Shown piece after piece: positions 11,154 through 21,237 of a stretch of 64,000 bases of DNA. Below the pieces are notes generated by a model. The model did not search any database, had not been told where the DNA came from, and worked only from the letters and a program-made list of their open reading frames with translations. This stretch comes from Spirochaetia bacterium (GTDB lineage: Bacteria; Spirochaetota; Spirochaetia; SZUA-6; Bin103), in the NCBI GenBank assembly GCA_965203905.1, contig CBDBDQ010000003.1, forward strand, positions 42,777 to 106,776. The letters are read 5' to 3'. Every line of letters starts with the position of its first letter. Position 1 is the stretch's first letter. Position numbers and translations under genes: made by a program.

Positions 11154-12538
11154 TCAGTCTGCGGTGGTGGTTGGTGGCCGCCGCCACCGTCTTGCGTTTC
11201 CGATCTTCGTCCGCTCGCAGCCGAGCTGCTGAAGGGCGCGTGTGACGCGCTTTCCCTTGACGGAGGTGGGCGGCGCTTCGGAATTGAAGCCGGCGGCCGC
11301 CATGGCCTCCTTCAGCGAAAACGGTGCGTGCTGCTTCACCAGCCAGTCGTTGAGCTTGTCCTCCAGCACTTCGTCGGCGTTGCGGTACCGTTCGGCTTGT
11401 TCGGCGGCAGCGCCGATCTCCAGCTCGAAGGGCATAACCGGCAAGATGCCCTTCTCGTAGCGTGTCCGAGCTTCCGCCCACAATTGACCGCGGTGGTCCG
11501 CAATCCAGTCACGCACGAAGCGCGCCGGCTGGCGCTTGCCATTGATGATCTTGGCTCCCAACTCCACCGGCGCGAAGCGGCGCAGGCCCGAGGGGTCGGA
11601 CGGCAGGCACGAGCGGTCGTTGCTGGTCGCGGCCAGAGCAAAGCGGCGTGGCATGTGCTCGGGGTCGGATCGGTAAGTCAGCCGGATGCCGCATCATCGC
11701 GGCGTGAGAGATACGCTTTGATTTGCTCCAGGTCGGCCTTGGTGGAGCCGGTCATCTCCGATATTTCGACGATGACCCGGCCTTGCGTCGCTTCCACCCG
11801 TACCTTGTCGTCGGAGGTGAGGGACAAACCGTCGCCGAACCACTCATCGCGATCTTCGGGCAGCAACACGCGCAGGAAAGTCGACTTGCCGATACCCTGG
11901 TCCCCGATCAGAATTGGCACCACGTCCTGCTGGTATCCTGGGCTCTTGCAGCGCCAAACCGCGGTGGTGAGCACGGCGCCCGAGGCCCACTTTACCACGG
12001 CTTGGTCTTGACCGGGGCGGACCTCGAACACGGTGTTGAGCAAAGTGTCCAGGCGCGGAACTCCGTCCCATGTGGGTAGGAGGAACAGCCAGCGCTCGAA
12101 CGGATCTACCTCGCACTGGAAGCCGTACGCATCGATCACCTGTCCGCGTAGCGACATGGAGAAGCGCGCCGGTTTGTTAGGGGCAAAGTTGCAGGACTCG
12201 GCTATCTTCTCGAACAGGTAGGCGCGGCGGCGCGGGTTGGCTTCCTCCCAGACGGCTGGACCGGCGACACAAGTATCGAGGCAGATCTCGTACTTGCAGG
12301 AACGGACGTTGTATCGGATATCCGCGTTCAGTTCTGTCAGCGCGTGAATGAACCCTTCGGCGCTGACCGCGATGATCGGCTTCTGTCCGGCGGCCGTGTC
12401 CCCTCGTTTCGCTGGCGTGGAGCCGTTCTGCTGGCCGATGCTCGCCGGTGGCGCGGGGCGGTCGGTTGCGGCGGCCTGTCGGCGCCGGGTGGCGCCGGGT
12501 GGCGCCGTTTTCGGTTGGTCGTGGTGGTTGACGCACAG
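11154..12538 (-). CDS. VapE-family (SF3) primase-helicase ATPase, frameshifted near 11690
   Basis: WDGVPRLD, LIGDQGIGKST (Walker A), IVEISEM, then frame change to GIRLTYRSDPEHMPRRFALAATSN...DPSGLRRF...QLWAEA; frame is open upstream of 12157. Confidence 0.85.
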
Positions 12539-12839
12539 AACTCTCCCTTCCCCAAAAACGGATCTACTTCGGAGAAGGAGGTGAGCGGCAGCGCCAACAG
12601 AGGTGAAGCGCCTGCTACTAAGCGTATACAGCAGACGGGGCTCAGGTTGACCGCTCCAAGGAGCCGGAGCTAGACCACCAGCACGATACGACGCGCTATT
12701 GGTGCGGTGTTGCGGGTCTTACCCTCCCATGTAAGTCACGACAACATCGTGACCATTTCAGGTATTATTACAGGCAACACCTCGGACGTGTCAATGGGGA
12801 GGTCATTGCATGTGACCGGCTATTGGGGTATGAACTGAA

Positions 12840-13088
12840 GTGATGGAGAAGATTCCTAGAAACGAAGTGGTACGCGTACGCGCCATGGCTTACCGCCGCG
12901 GCATCCGCTTGGTAGCGTCCCGCACGCGTGATCCGGGGGCCGCGGATTACGGCTGTTGGGCTATGCATGACGCTCGCACCGGCGAGTTGCTGCACGCCCC
13001 TGGCCCGATCAGCCCCTACGCTTTGTCCTGGGATCAAGTGAACGAAGCGCTACGAGTTGGCGTCGGCCAGGTGCTTGCAGCGTCGTGA
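12840..13088 (+). CDS. small phage/satellite hypothetical protein, divergent from VapE
   Basis: RVRAMAYRRGIRLVASRTRDPGAADYGCW...LSWDQV pattern recalled from phage hypotheticals. Confidence 0.6.
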   Translation: MMEKIPRNEVVRVRAMAYRRGIRLVASRTRDPGAADYGCWAMHDARTGELLHAPGPISPYALSWDQVNEALRVGVGQVLAAS

Positions 13089-13502
13089 TGTCGGCCAGCG
13101 CGGCATAGCAGCAGCCCCCATAACCACCGGCTGGGGTGACGCGCCGCGGCGCCATCGGATGCACTCACGACGATCAGGGCTCCCACGGTCTCGTTTCCTC
13201 CGGGTGCTCTGGTCGCTGGTACCCTTGGGCAGTCCTGGAAGCGTCACCGGGCGCCGTCTCTTTCAGCCGCAGATCAGCCGCTCTTGGCCCTCAGCGTTGC
13301 TTGCAGCGCGGAAGTGGTGGTTATTTGGCCGCCTGCGAGCGTTCCTGGCCGTCCTGAGCAAGGCTGCGGCAAAAAAAGAGCCGCTCCACCTGGGCGCTCA
13401 AGGTGGAGCGGCTGGCTTGGGAGGGATCAGGACAGTCGAATCGGCGCCGCGCCTTGGTTCAGCGTACGGTTGTGACCAGGACCACGGCAAGCCGCCCGGC
13501 AC

Positions 13503-14567
13503 TCAACCAGGTGCAGGCGGCGGATCGGTGCGCCCGGGCGGCTCGGGGTCGGACTCGTCCCGCGAATCCGCGGGCTTGGCCGGCACCAGCATCGGCGGCG
13601 GTATATACGGCACGTGCAGCAGCTCGGCGGCCCGACGCTTCGCTTCCTCGGGGCGGCGGTCGTAAATTTGTGTGGTCGAGACGTTGGAATGCCCCGCGAG
13701 CTTCTGCACGGCGCTGATGTCCGCGCCGGCGTCGAGTAGCTCGCCGACGAAGCTGCGGCGCAGATCGTGTGGCGAGAAGCGGGTGATGCCGGCTTGGTCG
13801 GCGAGGTAGCGCAGGCGAACCAGCACCGCCTGGGCGGTCATGCGCCGGTGCCGAATCTTTCCTCCCTTGGCGACCGGACACAGCAGCGCCCCCGGCCAGA
13901 TACCGCGGCGGGCCAGCCAAGCGTCGATCGCGGCGCGACCACCCGTCGGGGGATAGACGATGCGATCCTTCCGTCCCTTACCTGAGCGCACCGTGACCGC
14001 GCCGGCATCGTAATCGGCAAGTTCCAGGGCGACGACCTCGCTGCGGCGCAACCCACACCCGTACAGCAGGCCGAGCATGGCCGCATCGCGGGCGCCTACC
14101 GGGGTGTCGTTTCTGCTGCAGGTGTCGAACAGGCGGCGCATGTCGCCGGCGTCGACGTGGCGGCCCGCCGGTAGGGTGCTCGCCGCCACGCTCTTGATAG
14201 CGACCACGCGCATCATCGTGTCGGCGTCGATCAGCCCGAGGTTGAAAGCCTCCTTGATGACGCCGCGCAGGGCCGAGAGCATGTGATTGATGGAGGCGGG
14301 CTTGGTGTCCTCGTCGATCAGCCGGGCCCGTAACGCCATGATGTGCTGATAGCGCAACTCGGTCCAGTCCACGGCCAGCGCATCGGTGGTGATGCCGCCG
14401 GTGAGGATCATGGCAGCGCGGTTGAGCGCGTGCTGCAGGCCGCGGCGACCGACCGAGGACGCCTTGGCGGCGAGGTAGACGGCGGCCGGGTTGCGGTCGA
14501 GGGGTCCCGGCGCGGTGACGGGCACCGGCGGGCTGGCGGGCGGATCGGGGCGGTCGGTGGTGCTCAT
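13503..14567 (-). CDS. tyrosine recombinase/integrase, catalytically intact
   Basis: GLRRSE, GKGRK, HDLRRSF, AGHSNVSTTQIY (R-K-H-R-H-Y); RBS GGAGGA. Confidence 0.95.
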   Translation of the reverse strand: MSTTDRPDPPASPPVPVTAPGPLDRNPAAVYLAAKASSVGRRGLQHALNRAAMILTGGITTDALAVDWTELRYQHIMALRARLIDEDTKPASINHMLSALRGVIKEAFNLGLIDADTMMRVVAIKSVAASTLPAGRHVDAGDMRRLFDTCSRNDTPVGARDAAMLGLLYGCGLRRSEVVALELADYDAGAVTVRSGKGRKDRIVYPPTGGRAAIDAWLARRGIWPGALLCPVAKGGKIRHRRMTAQAVLVRLRYLADQAGITRFSPHDLRRSFVGELLDAGADISAVQKLAGHSNVSTTQIYDRRPEEAKRRAAELLHVPYIPPPMLVPAKPADSRDESDPEPPGRTDPPPAPG

Positions 14568-14702
14568 GCACTGTTCCTCCTGTGTAGTGAATTGCGGCGC
14601 CCGGTTAGGGCGCAGGTAGGGCGAGAGGACAGGGCTCGAACCTGCCGCGGATCTTGACCCGCTTCTCCAGCCAGAATCACTCTCGCCAAGGTGGGACCGC
14701 TG

Positions 14703-15008
14703 CTACCGCAGCGCGCGGTCCCAGCGCCGCGCTGCGATGCGGGCGCGCTGCAAGCTGCGCCAGCCGCAGCCGTAGGTGCGGTGCCAGCGGCGGCGCGCGA
14801 AGTAGCCGCAGCCCAGGATGGGCGGTGCCGGCGCCGTCCCCCTTCCCCTGGCGACGCGATCCCGGAGGATCGTCCTCCAGCCGTCAAACTCGCGCCAACG
14901 CAGGCGCGTGACGTCGCGGGCCATCACCTGCATCAGCACAGCCGCGTAGGCGGCCGTGGCGGCCACCAGCAGCGCCGGCGGCGCTGACCAGATCAGATCA
15001 ATCAGCAC
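14703..15008 (-). CDS. hypothetical membrane protein
   Basis: AGGAGG RBS plus GTG; hydrophobic N-terminus. Confidence 0.5.
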   Translation of the reverse strand: MLIDLIWSAPPALLVAATAAYAAVLMQVMARDVTRLRWREFDGWRTILRDRVARGRGTAPAPPILGCGYFARRRWHRTYGCGWRSLQRARIAARRWDRALR

Positions 15009-15211
15009 GGGCGACCTCCTGCCGGCCCGGTCGGCCCCGGAAGGGGACAGGCGGTAACGGGCGCCCGTGGCAGGCGCCCGTGGTAGGGTGGTGTAGGTCA
15101 CCCGTCGCCTTGCGGGCGAGTATGCAGCCGCACCAGGAAGCGCACGGCGACCCACACCAGGAGGGCGGCAGCCGCGCAGGCCGCCGCCCCCAGGAACAAC
15201 TCCGCCACCGG

Positions 15212-15688
15212 CTACTTCGCGTCCAGCGCCGCCGCCTCCCAGCCCTCCGGGAGCTGCTGGGTCTCGGGGCCGCGCTCCCACACCAGCGGCGACGCGTCGG
15301 CCGCGGCCGCGGCGATGGCCTCGGCGAAGTGGGCGTCGATGTCGACGTGCACCGGCAGCGCAACGGCGTCCGAAGCCGCCAGATCCAGCCCCAGGTCCTC
15401 GGACGCCGCGTCCCAGGCGGGAGGATCGACGAACGGCACCACCAACTCGGCCGCGTAGCCGTAGCCGAGGAAGGTGTAAGCGTCGCGCGGCAGGCCGACC
15501 GGCCCGTCACTGACGGTGACGAATGCGACGTCGGCCGGTGCTGCGTAGAGGGCGGCGAGCGGGTCGCCGTTCCCCGGCGCCGGCGCGGCGTCCGACGTGG
15601 CCGGCGCGGTCTCGTTGCCGGTGCAACCCATGACGATGATCGCCACCAGGGCGATCACGATGATCGGTACTCCAAGCTGCTTCACCAT
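15212..15688 (-). CDS. putative lipoprotein
   Basis: AAGGAG RBS; MVKQLGVPIIVIALVAIIVMGC lipobox. Confidence 0.7.
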   Translation of the reverse strand: MVKQLGVPIIVIALVAIIVMGCTGNETAPATSDAAPAPGNGDPLAALYAAPADVAFVTVSDGPVGLPRDAYTFLGYGYAAELVVPFVDPPAWDAASEDLGLDLAASDAVALPVHVDIDAHFAEAIAAAAADASPLVWERGPETQQLPEGWEAAALDAK

Positions 15689-15717
15689 GGAGAGCTCCTT
15701 GGCCGCAGTAGCGGCTA

Positions 15718-15765
15718 CGGACGTGCGGCAGGAATCGAACCTGCGCATACCCAACCCGGCGTCCG
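15718..15765 (-). ncRNA. tRNA-like mini-structure (T-arm plus closing stem), not a complete tRNA
   Basis: Minus strand CGGACG...GCAGG-TTCGATT-CCTGC-CGCA-CGTCCG. Confidence 0.4.
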
Positions 15766-15771
15766 GACACA

Positions 15772-15803
15772 GACAGGGCGCCCCCGGTGTCGAGGGCGCC
15801 CTG
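15772..15803 (-). terminator. strong GC hairpin
   Basis: ACAGGGCGCCC(C)...GGGCGCCCTGT inverted repeat; U-tract weak. Confidence 0.4.
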
Positions 15804-15889
15804 TAGGCGCGTCGTGCGGTGTGTGTGGTAGGTTGCCGGCGGTCCGCCGGCGCGGTGTCAGCTCGGTTCCGCTTCCAGGTAGCGGCGCC

Positions 15890-16153
15890 TCAGCCCCGCA
15901 GCTCGCGCAGGCGGAACACGCCGTCGGCGTTGATCCGCCCCCGGTCCGCTGCCTCGGCGTAGTGAAGCTCGCCATCGCTGGCGAGAACCTGCAGCGGGTA
16001 GCCGGGGGGCGATGTCAGCGGCGCGAAGCGCGGGTTGCGCTGCGCATAGCCGGCGGGGTAGCTGGCGGTTTCCAGGTCGCCGGCGTGGTAGACCAGGCGG
16101 AAGACGGCGACCTTGCCATCGTTGGTGCGCCACAGTGCCTCGCAATCGCTCAT
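15890..16153 (-). CDS. phage-like hypothetical protein
   Basis: MSDCEALWRTNDGKVAVF...; start/stop overlap with neighbour. Confidence 0.55.
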   Translation of the reverse strand: MSDCEALWRTNDGKVAVFRLVYHAGDLETASYPAGYAQRNPRFAPLTSPPGYPLQVLASDGELHYAEAADRGRINADGVFRLRELRG

Positions 16154-16350
16154 GGGCAGCCCCGTAGCGCCAGCGCGGCGGCGTAGCCGTCCAGGTAGGC
16201 GTGTGCCTCGGCCGCGGTGCCGTGGAAAAGCCACTGACCGCCCCGAAAGACGGTGTAGCCGGCGATCCCTGCGCCGGCGCCGTGTGGCTCGACCTCGACC
16301 CGCAAACCGAGCTTCGCGGCCCGGTCGGCCAACGTCATGGTGCGGGTCAT
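16150..16350 (-). CDS. phage-like hypothetical protein
   Basis: MTRTMTLADRAAKLGLRVE...EAHAYLDGY; ATGA overlaps. Confidence 0.55.
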   Translation of the reverse strand: MTRTMTLADRAAKLGLRVEVEPHGAGAGIAGYTVFRGGQWLFHGTAAEAHAYLDGYAAALALRGCP

Positions 16351-16556
16351 TCTCGATGCTCCGGCGGCGGCGCGCGCTCGTAGGCCTCGACGACCTCGAA
16401 CGCGCAGTCCCTCACGTGGTCGTTGCCCGCGTCCTCGTCGAACACAGCGGCACGCAGGTTTTTGATGGCGGTGTGCAGCTCGCGCTCGACGCGCTTGTTC
16501 TCGCGGCGCTCCTGGCGCTCCTGGCGCCGGCGTTGCGATCCTTCGCGATTTCGCAT
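16347..16556 (-). CDS. phage-like hypothetical protein
   Basis: AGGAGG RBS; coupled to downstream ORF. Confidence 0.55.
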   Translation of the reverse strand: MRNREGSQRRRQERQERRENKRVERELHTAIKNLRAAVFDEDAGNDHVRDCAFEVVEAYERAPPPEHRE

Positions 16557-16659
16557 AGGGTTGGTCCTCCTGTCCTCTGCGGCTCGACTTGGATGGAAAC
16601 GGCCGGCCGCAGAGACGGGGGACGACGGGCTGGGGACAACCCGCCATCCCCTTGTGGAT

Positions 16660-17037
16660 CTAGGTGGCTGCGGCTGCCGGTTCCGCGTCGCGGGACCGGT
16701 GCCGTACCGGCTGGAACTCCACCTGCTCGGCGACGATCACGACCTTGGACCGCGCGTTGCCGTGCGGGTCGTCCCAGCGCTCTTGCTTGAGGCGCCCGAC
16801 CACGCGGATGCCGCGCCCCTTGGCGAGGTGCTCGTGGCACACTTCGGCGAGCTTGCCCCACGTGGTGGTCTCGATGAACGAGACTTCCTCGGTGCGCTCG
16901 CCCTGGCGTTCCGGGTCTCTGTAGGAGCGGTTGCTAGCCAGCACCAGCGTGCACGTCGGCGTGCCCTTCGGCGTGTAGCGCAGCTCAGGCTCGCGGCACA
17001 GATTGCCCTCGATCAAAACACTGTTGAGGTTATTCAA
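16660..17037 (-). CDS. ssb: single-stranded DNA-binding protein (spirochaete-like, no acidic tail)
   Basis: LNNLNSVLIEGNLCREPELRYTPKG...WGKLAE...VVGRLKQERW...IVAEQVEF. Confidence 0.92.
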   Translation of the reverse strand: MNNLNSVLIEGNLCREPELRYTPKGTPTCTLVLASNRSYRDPERQGERTEEVSFIETTTWGKLAEVCHEHLAKGRGIRVVGRLKQERWDDPHGNARSKVVIVAEQVEFQPVRHRSRDAEPAAAAT

Positions 17038-17127
17038 CGTGATAACCCTCCTGTGGCCATGGCTCATTCAGGCACCGGGCGGCCAATCCCGGCACGATAC
17101 GGGCCAGCTACGGCCCGTATTTCGCCA

Positions 17128-17406
17128 CTATTCGGCGATGGCTCCCGTGACCCAGCCGCGCGCGGTGTCGAGCGCAGCAGGCACGGTGCGGTGAGATTCG
17201 GTGCGGCAGTCGCCGCCGTCCTCGCGCAGCAGCAGCACGCTGTACGGCCGGCCGTGGCGCCCCATCAGGGACAGGGAACTGCGCCACACCACGGCGCGCC
17301 GGTTGCCCTGGCGGTAGACCAGGACCCGGCGCGGCGCGCGGGTGAAGCGCGCAGGCTCGCGGGAGAGTTGCAGGCGCAGGCCGTCGCGGATGGCGACCTT
17401 TATCAG
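17128..17406 (-). CDS. hypothetical protein (start uncertain)
   Basis: Fills the gap in a tightly packed operon. Confidence 0.35.
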   Translation of the reverse strand: MIKVAIRDGLRLQLSREPARFTRAPRRVLVYRQGNRRAVVWRSSLSLMGRHGRPYSVLLLREDGGDCRTESHRTVPAALDTARGWVTGAIAE

Positions 17407-17819
17407 GCTGCCTCCGGCTGCCGCAGCAGCGCGCCGGCGCGGCGCAGCCGCTCGGTCACGGTCGTCGGCCCGATCTCCGCGTGGTCGTTCCATGAGGCAA
17501 TCGCGCTCATCGGCAGCGTGCCGGGGTCGAAGAAATCCGGATGCGTCTCCAGGATCGCGTCGACCATCGCGCGCTGCGCGGTCTCGGTGATGGTTCCCAG
17601 CAGTTGCGGGGGCGCGCTGCGCCGCGCCGCGACGTGGATCGCGCCGGAAGCGCACCAGCACACCGCGTCGCCGCTGGTCGGTGCGCAGGGCACGTTGTCG
17701 GCGCCGCGCGCCGTGGAGAAGCGGCACCACCCGGTCTCGATGTACCGGGCGGCGCCGTCCAGGACCTCCGCTGCCGCGGCACGGATGGTCTGAGGCTGCG
17801 GTTGCGCCACCACCACCAT
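17403..17819 (-). CDS. phage hypothetical protein (DUF6197-like), paralogue of 19087..19497
   Basis: GWCRFSTARGADNVPCAPTSGDAVCWCASGAI...WND motif. Confidence 0.65.
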   Translation of the reverse strand: MVVVAQPQPQTIRAAAAEVLDGAARYIETGWCRFSTARGADNVPCAPTSGDAVCWCASGAIHVAARRSAPPQLLGTITETAQRAMVDAILETHPDFFDPGTLPMSAIASWNDHAEIGPTTVTERLRRAGALLRQPEAA

Positions 17820-18265
17820 CAGGCAGCGCTCCGGGCCACGTAGTCGCCGAGCGGGTAGTCGGTGACCGCCGGCCTGCCGCTGCGCAGCCGGATCAGCTCC
17901 CGCAGGTGCCGGCGGATGTCGGTCTCCAGTTGGAAGCGGGCCAAGACCCACTGTCCAGCCGCAGCCTCCCAGTTGGCGCTGCCGGTGGGCTTGGCCCGCA
18001 GCCGCGCCTGCGCCTCGCAGCGCCGGAAGTAGGTCACGGTCTCCCGGTCCGCCTTCAGCGTCCGCTCGACCATGGTGACCAAGCTCGGCAGCGTGCCGTA
18101 GGCGGCGACGCCACGGGCGCAGCCGCGCTCGACCCGGCTGCCGTCGTGCATGGTCCACACGGTGCTGTAGGTGCGATCCTCGACCGTGACGGCCGCGGCG
18201 CGCAGTCGCGCCATGCGCTCGGCGTCGTCCAGGTCCTGCCTGATGAAGCGTTGTGCAGCGGTCAT
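17819..18265 (-). CDS. phage-like hypothetical protein
   Basis: GGAGG RBS; TGATG coupling. Confidence 0.55.
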   Translation of the reverse strand: MTAAQRFIRQDLDDAERMARLRAAAVTVEDRTYSTVWTMHDGSRVERGCARGVAAYGTLPSLVTMVERTLKADRETVTYFRRCEAQARLRAKPTGSANWEAAAGQWVLARFQLETDIRRHLRELIRLRSGRPAVTDYPLGDYVARSAA

Positions 18266-18370
18266 TCAGGTTCCCTCCAGAATTGCCCCGGCGCCCTGTA
18301 GCGCCTGCGAGCTTCGGCCGGCAAGGGTGGGGTTGAACCACGCTCAACGCTGGTCCCGCCGGCTCCAGTT

Positions 18371-18595
18371 TCACGAAGCTGCCTCGCTGTCGGCCGGCAC
18401 TTCCCCGCGCCAGCCCCATGCCTCAGCCACGTCCAGCGCCAAGCCCCCGGCGCCCCGCTCCGCGTACCATGCGACCTCGCCGTCCTGCTTGGCGTAGATC
18501 GCCCAGTAGATCGAGGCGACCGATGAGCGCGTTTCCTCCCGCCGGATGACCAGCGTCTCGCGCCCGTTCTGTCCGTGGATCAACTCCCCTGCCAT
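18371..18595 (-). CDS. phage-like hypothetical protein
   Basis: Immediately follows the RadC stop codon. Confidence 0.5.
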   Translation of the reverse strand: MAGELIHGQNGRETLVIRREETRSSVASIYWAIYAKQDGEVAWYAERGAGGLALDVAEAWGWRGEVPADSEAAS

Positions 18596-19093
18596 TCAGC
18601 CCTCCCAGCCGATGCCGCGCTGCCGCAGGCTCACAAAGCCGCGCCGCGCGACGATCACGTGGTCGTACAGGTCGATGTCGTGGTACTCCGCTGCCGTCCT
18701 CACCTTCCGCGTCACCCGCGTATCAGACCCGCTCGGGCACGGGTCGCCCGAGGGGTGGTTGTGCACCACGATGAAGTAGGGCGCGCCCCTCACGATGGCA
18801 GGGCGCAGGATCTCCGCGACCCGGATCGAGGCGGCGTTGACCGTGCCCTGGTAGACCGTCACGGCCTCCAGCAGCTCCGACTTGGTGTTCAGCAGCAGCA
18901 CGCGAAGCTGCTCCTGCAACAAGCCGCCCATGTCCATGCACTGGTTCGCCACGGCCTCCGGCGTGTTCAGCACGGGGGGATCACCAGCGGCGCCGCCACG
19001 GCCCGGAGGGGTGGCGGCGCCGTACTGCAAGGCGATCTCCTGGAGCAACTGTTGGTTGCGCTTCAGCGCGTCCAGCAGATCCGTCATCAGCAC
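18596..19093 (-). CDS. radC: RadC-like JAB/MPN domain protein
   Basis: QEQLRVLLLNTK...GTVN...VHNHPSGDPCPSGSD...DHVIV. Confidence 0.92.
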   Translation of the reverse strand: MLMTDLLDALKRNQQLLQEIALQYGAATPPGRGGAAGDPPVLNTPEAVANQCMDMGGLLQEQLRVLLLNTKSELLEAVTVYQGTVNAASIRVAEILRPAIVRGAPYFIVVHNHPSGDPCPSGSDTRVTRKVRTAAEYHDIDLYDHVIVARRGFVSLRQRGIGWEG

Positions 19094-19497
19094 GCCTCCG
19101 TGAGCGGCTTCAGCGTCCGCGCGGCGCGGATCAGCGTGTCCTTCACGGTCGCCTGCCGCTGGCCGTCCAGGTCGTTCCAGTACGCAATCACCCCGCCCCG
19201 ATCCTCCGTCAGGCCGGTGGTCTCACGGATCAGCTTCTCCAGAACGGCACACGCGGCCCGCCTGACTGCGGTCTCATCGCCGCCGCTCAGCTTCAGCAGC
19301 CCCACGCGGTAGCTGGCGATCAGCAGGGCGCCCGTCGCGCACCAGCAGCACGCATCCGGCGCGGTAGGCGACACCGGGACACCGGCGCCGTTCTGCGCTG
19401 CCGCTCCCTGCGTCCATCCGATGCCCACAAAGCAGGCGGCGCGCTCCAGGAGCGCCGCCGCCTTGTCGTTGACCTCCAGGTTGGTCAGTACCCGCAT
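19087..19497 (-). CDS. phage hypothetical protein (DUF6197-like)
   Basis: GWTQGAAAQNGAGVPVSPTAPDACCWCATGAL...WND. Confidence 0.65.
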   Translation of the reverse strand: MRVLTNLEVNDKAAALLERAACFVGIGWTQGAAAQNGAGVPVSPTAPDACCWCATGALLIASYRVGLLKLSGGDETAVRRAACAVLEKLIRETTGLTEDRGGVIAYWNDLDGQRQATVKDTLIRAARTLKPLTEAC

Positions 19498-20642
19498 CAG
19501 TCCAGGGCCTCGCTCGGCAGCCGGATGTCGTAGCACTCGTCGGCGTTCATGCACCCGCCGTCGGTCATGTGGACCGTGCCCTCGACGCCGATCCGCTCCA
19601 CGGTCCGCCATCGGCCGTCGCTCGGATCGCGCACCCGGTCACCCACGTGCACGGGATACTCGTCCTCATCCTCAACGACCTCGGCAGGCGGGTCGTACAC
19701 GTCCGGTTGCTCGGTGTGCCCCGGCCACTCGGCAGCGTGCGTCCACCGGTCGGCAGCCGTCTCAGCATCGGTGTGGTTGGGAAACCGCTTGGTGTGGCGC
19801 CGCTCTGGCAGGCGATGCCGGTCCAGCACGTAAGCCTCGACCGTGTAGGTGCGCTCCACCATCGCCGGCGACAGGCGCCGCTCAGCGGTCGCGAGCGTGG
19901 CGTTGCGCCCGTTGATCCACTCATCCGATACCCAGCGCACACGGCGCGTAGGAGCGCGCTCTGGCGGCTCGCATTCGCAGGTCGGGCACGGCGGATCGTC
20001 CTCCCCGTGGTCGACGTGATAGAGGCAGACCGCGATGTCGTGCTTGGCCTCCGTGGCGTCGCAGCGGCACAGCGCGCAGCGTTGCGGGTGGTCGGGCAGC
20101 AACTCGTTGCCGGTGAAGGTGTCGACCGTCACGTCGCCGGTGGCGTCGATCCGATACAGGCCATCCTCATCGCCGTGTGCGCGCCGGTAGTCCTGCGCCG
20201 CCTCCACGCGGTCCTTCTCGTCCTTGAACGGCCCGCTCAGGACCGGCTCCACGTCGCCCATGATCGACAGCAGGTGCAGCTTCCGGTCCGGGGAGCGGGG
20301 CAGGTCCCGCAACTCGCTCAGAAGCTGGCGCCCGTCCTCAAGCTGCTCGTCGTCGGCGCAGTACAGCGTCACCATGTGCGCAAGCTGCTGCACCACGCGG
20401 TGGCACTCCTGCTCGGTTGCGATGGCCTGCGCCGCCCGTAGCACGTCGATGTCGCGGATGGTGGGGTCGAGCATCAGGTCGCGCTCGCGCGCCGCCTGCG
20501 CCTCCCGGGCCTCGGCCTGCTCCTGCAGCACCGCGTTGAGCGCGGCGCGGAGTGTCTCTGCCTCGCCCCGATCCACCAGGATCGACACGTTCGGCATGTT
20601 CAGGTTGACCCGCCCGTTGGCGTGTAGCGTCGCCGTCGCCAT
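19497..20642 (-). CDS. phage-like hypothetical protein with CxxC motifs
   Basis: Acidic 381-aa ORF coupled on both sides. Confidence 0.6.
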   Translation of the reverse strand: MATATLHANGRVNLNMPNVSILVDRGEAETLRAALNAVLQEQAEAREAQAARERDLMLDPTIRDIDVLRAAQAIATEQECHRVVQQLAHMVTLYCADDEQLEDGRQLLSELRDLPRSPDRKLHLLSIMGDVEPVLSGPFKDEKDRVEAAQDYRRAHGDEDGLYRIDATGDVTVDTFTGNELLPDHPQRCALCRCDATEAKHDIAVCLYHVDHGEDDPPCPTCECEPPERAPTRRVRWVSDEWINGRNATLATAERRLSPAMVERTYTVEAYVLDRHRLPERRHTKRFPNHTDAETAADRWTHAAEWPGHTEQPDVYDPPAEVVEDEDEYPVHVGDRVRDPSDGRWRTVERIGVEGTVHMTDGGCMNADECYDIRLPSEALD

Positions 20643-20899
20643 CACGAACGCCCCTCGGCCACGCAACCGGCACACCGACCGTCTGTGGTCGGTGTCGCCA
20701 TCGTGGCCTCGCACACGTAGCACACGTGGTCGTGAACCACGTCGTCGACGTCGTTCGCCACCGGCCCGTAGCCCATCTCTTGCAGCAGGTCGCGAGCGTT
20801 GCGCAGCACGTCGAGCCGCTCCTGCACCGATGGTGGAGGCTGCCGGTCAGCAGCCTCCACCATCACTCGCAGGGTCTCTTTGTCGGTAGGTCCGATCAC
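20642..20899 (-). CDS. phage-like hypothetical protein, zinc-ribbon C-terminus
   Basis: CYVC...CAGC; overlaps neighbours. Confidence 0.55.
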   Translation of the reverse strand: MIGPTDKETLRVMVEAADRQPPPSVQERLDVLRNARDLLQEMGYGPVANDVDDVVHDHVCYVCEATMATPTTDGRCAGCVAEGRS

Positions 20900-21204
20900 A
20901 GCCCGACGACCTCGAACAGGCCAAGCTCCTGAAGCTCAAGGCCGGCCTGTACCCATGCCTCGCTGTCCGCGGCGCGGCTGCCGGCGTCGTCCTCTTCGCT
21001 CAGCGCCGGCAGCTCCATCGCCATGGAAGCGCCCCACGGCCTCTCTTCGACGATCTCAAGCGCGCTGCCGGCGGCGATCGGCGTGCTGCCGTCGTCCCCG
21101 CGCAGGCACCATGAATCGAGCGCTCGCGTGGCCGTGACAACGTTTCCGGCTTCGAGGCGCCCGTCCACGTCGCCGGGTTCGACCCAAACAGTTCTACCGT
21201 TCAT
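20896..21204 (-). CDS. first ORF of the leftward phage-like operon
   Basis: GGAGG RBS, ATG at 21204. Confidence 0.55.
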   Translation of the reverse strand: MNGRTVWVEPGDVDGRLEAGNVVTATRALDSWCLRGDDGSTPIAAGSALEIVEERPWGASMAMELPALSEEDDAGSRAADSEAWVQAGLELQELGLFEVVGL

Positions 21205-21237
21205 CGGTATCCCTCCTGCTCCCGCGCTCAGGCGGGA

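Noticed and set aside
18596-19093. RadC/JAB as the CBASS Cap3 peptidase
   Set aside because: It lies 27 kb away inside a phage-like operon and is a typical RadC.
15080-20889. Long plus-strand ORFs (e.g. 16423..17793, 15080..16186)
   Set aside because: GC-rich shadow frames opposite a coupled minus-strand operon with RBSs.
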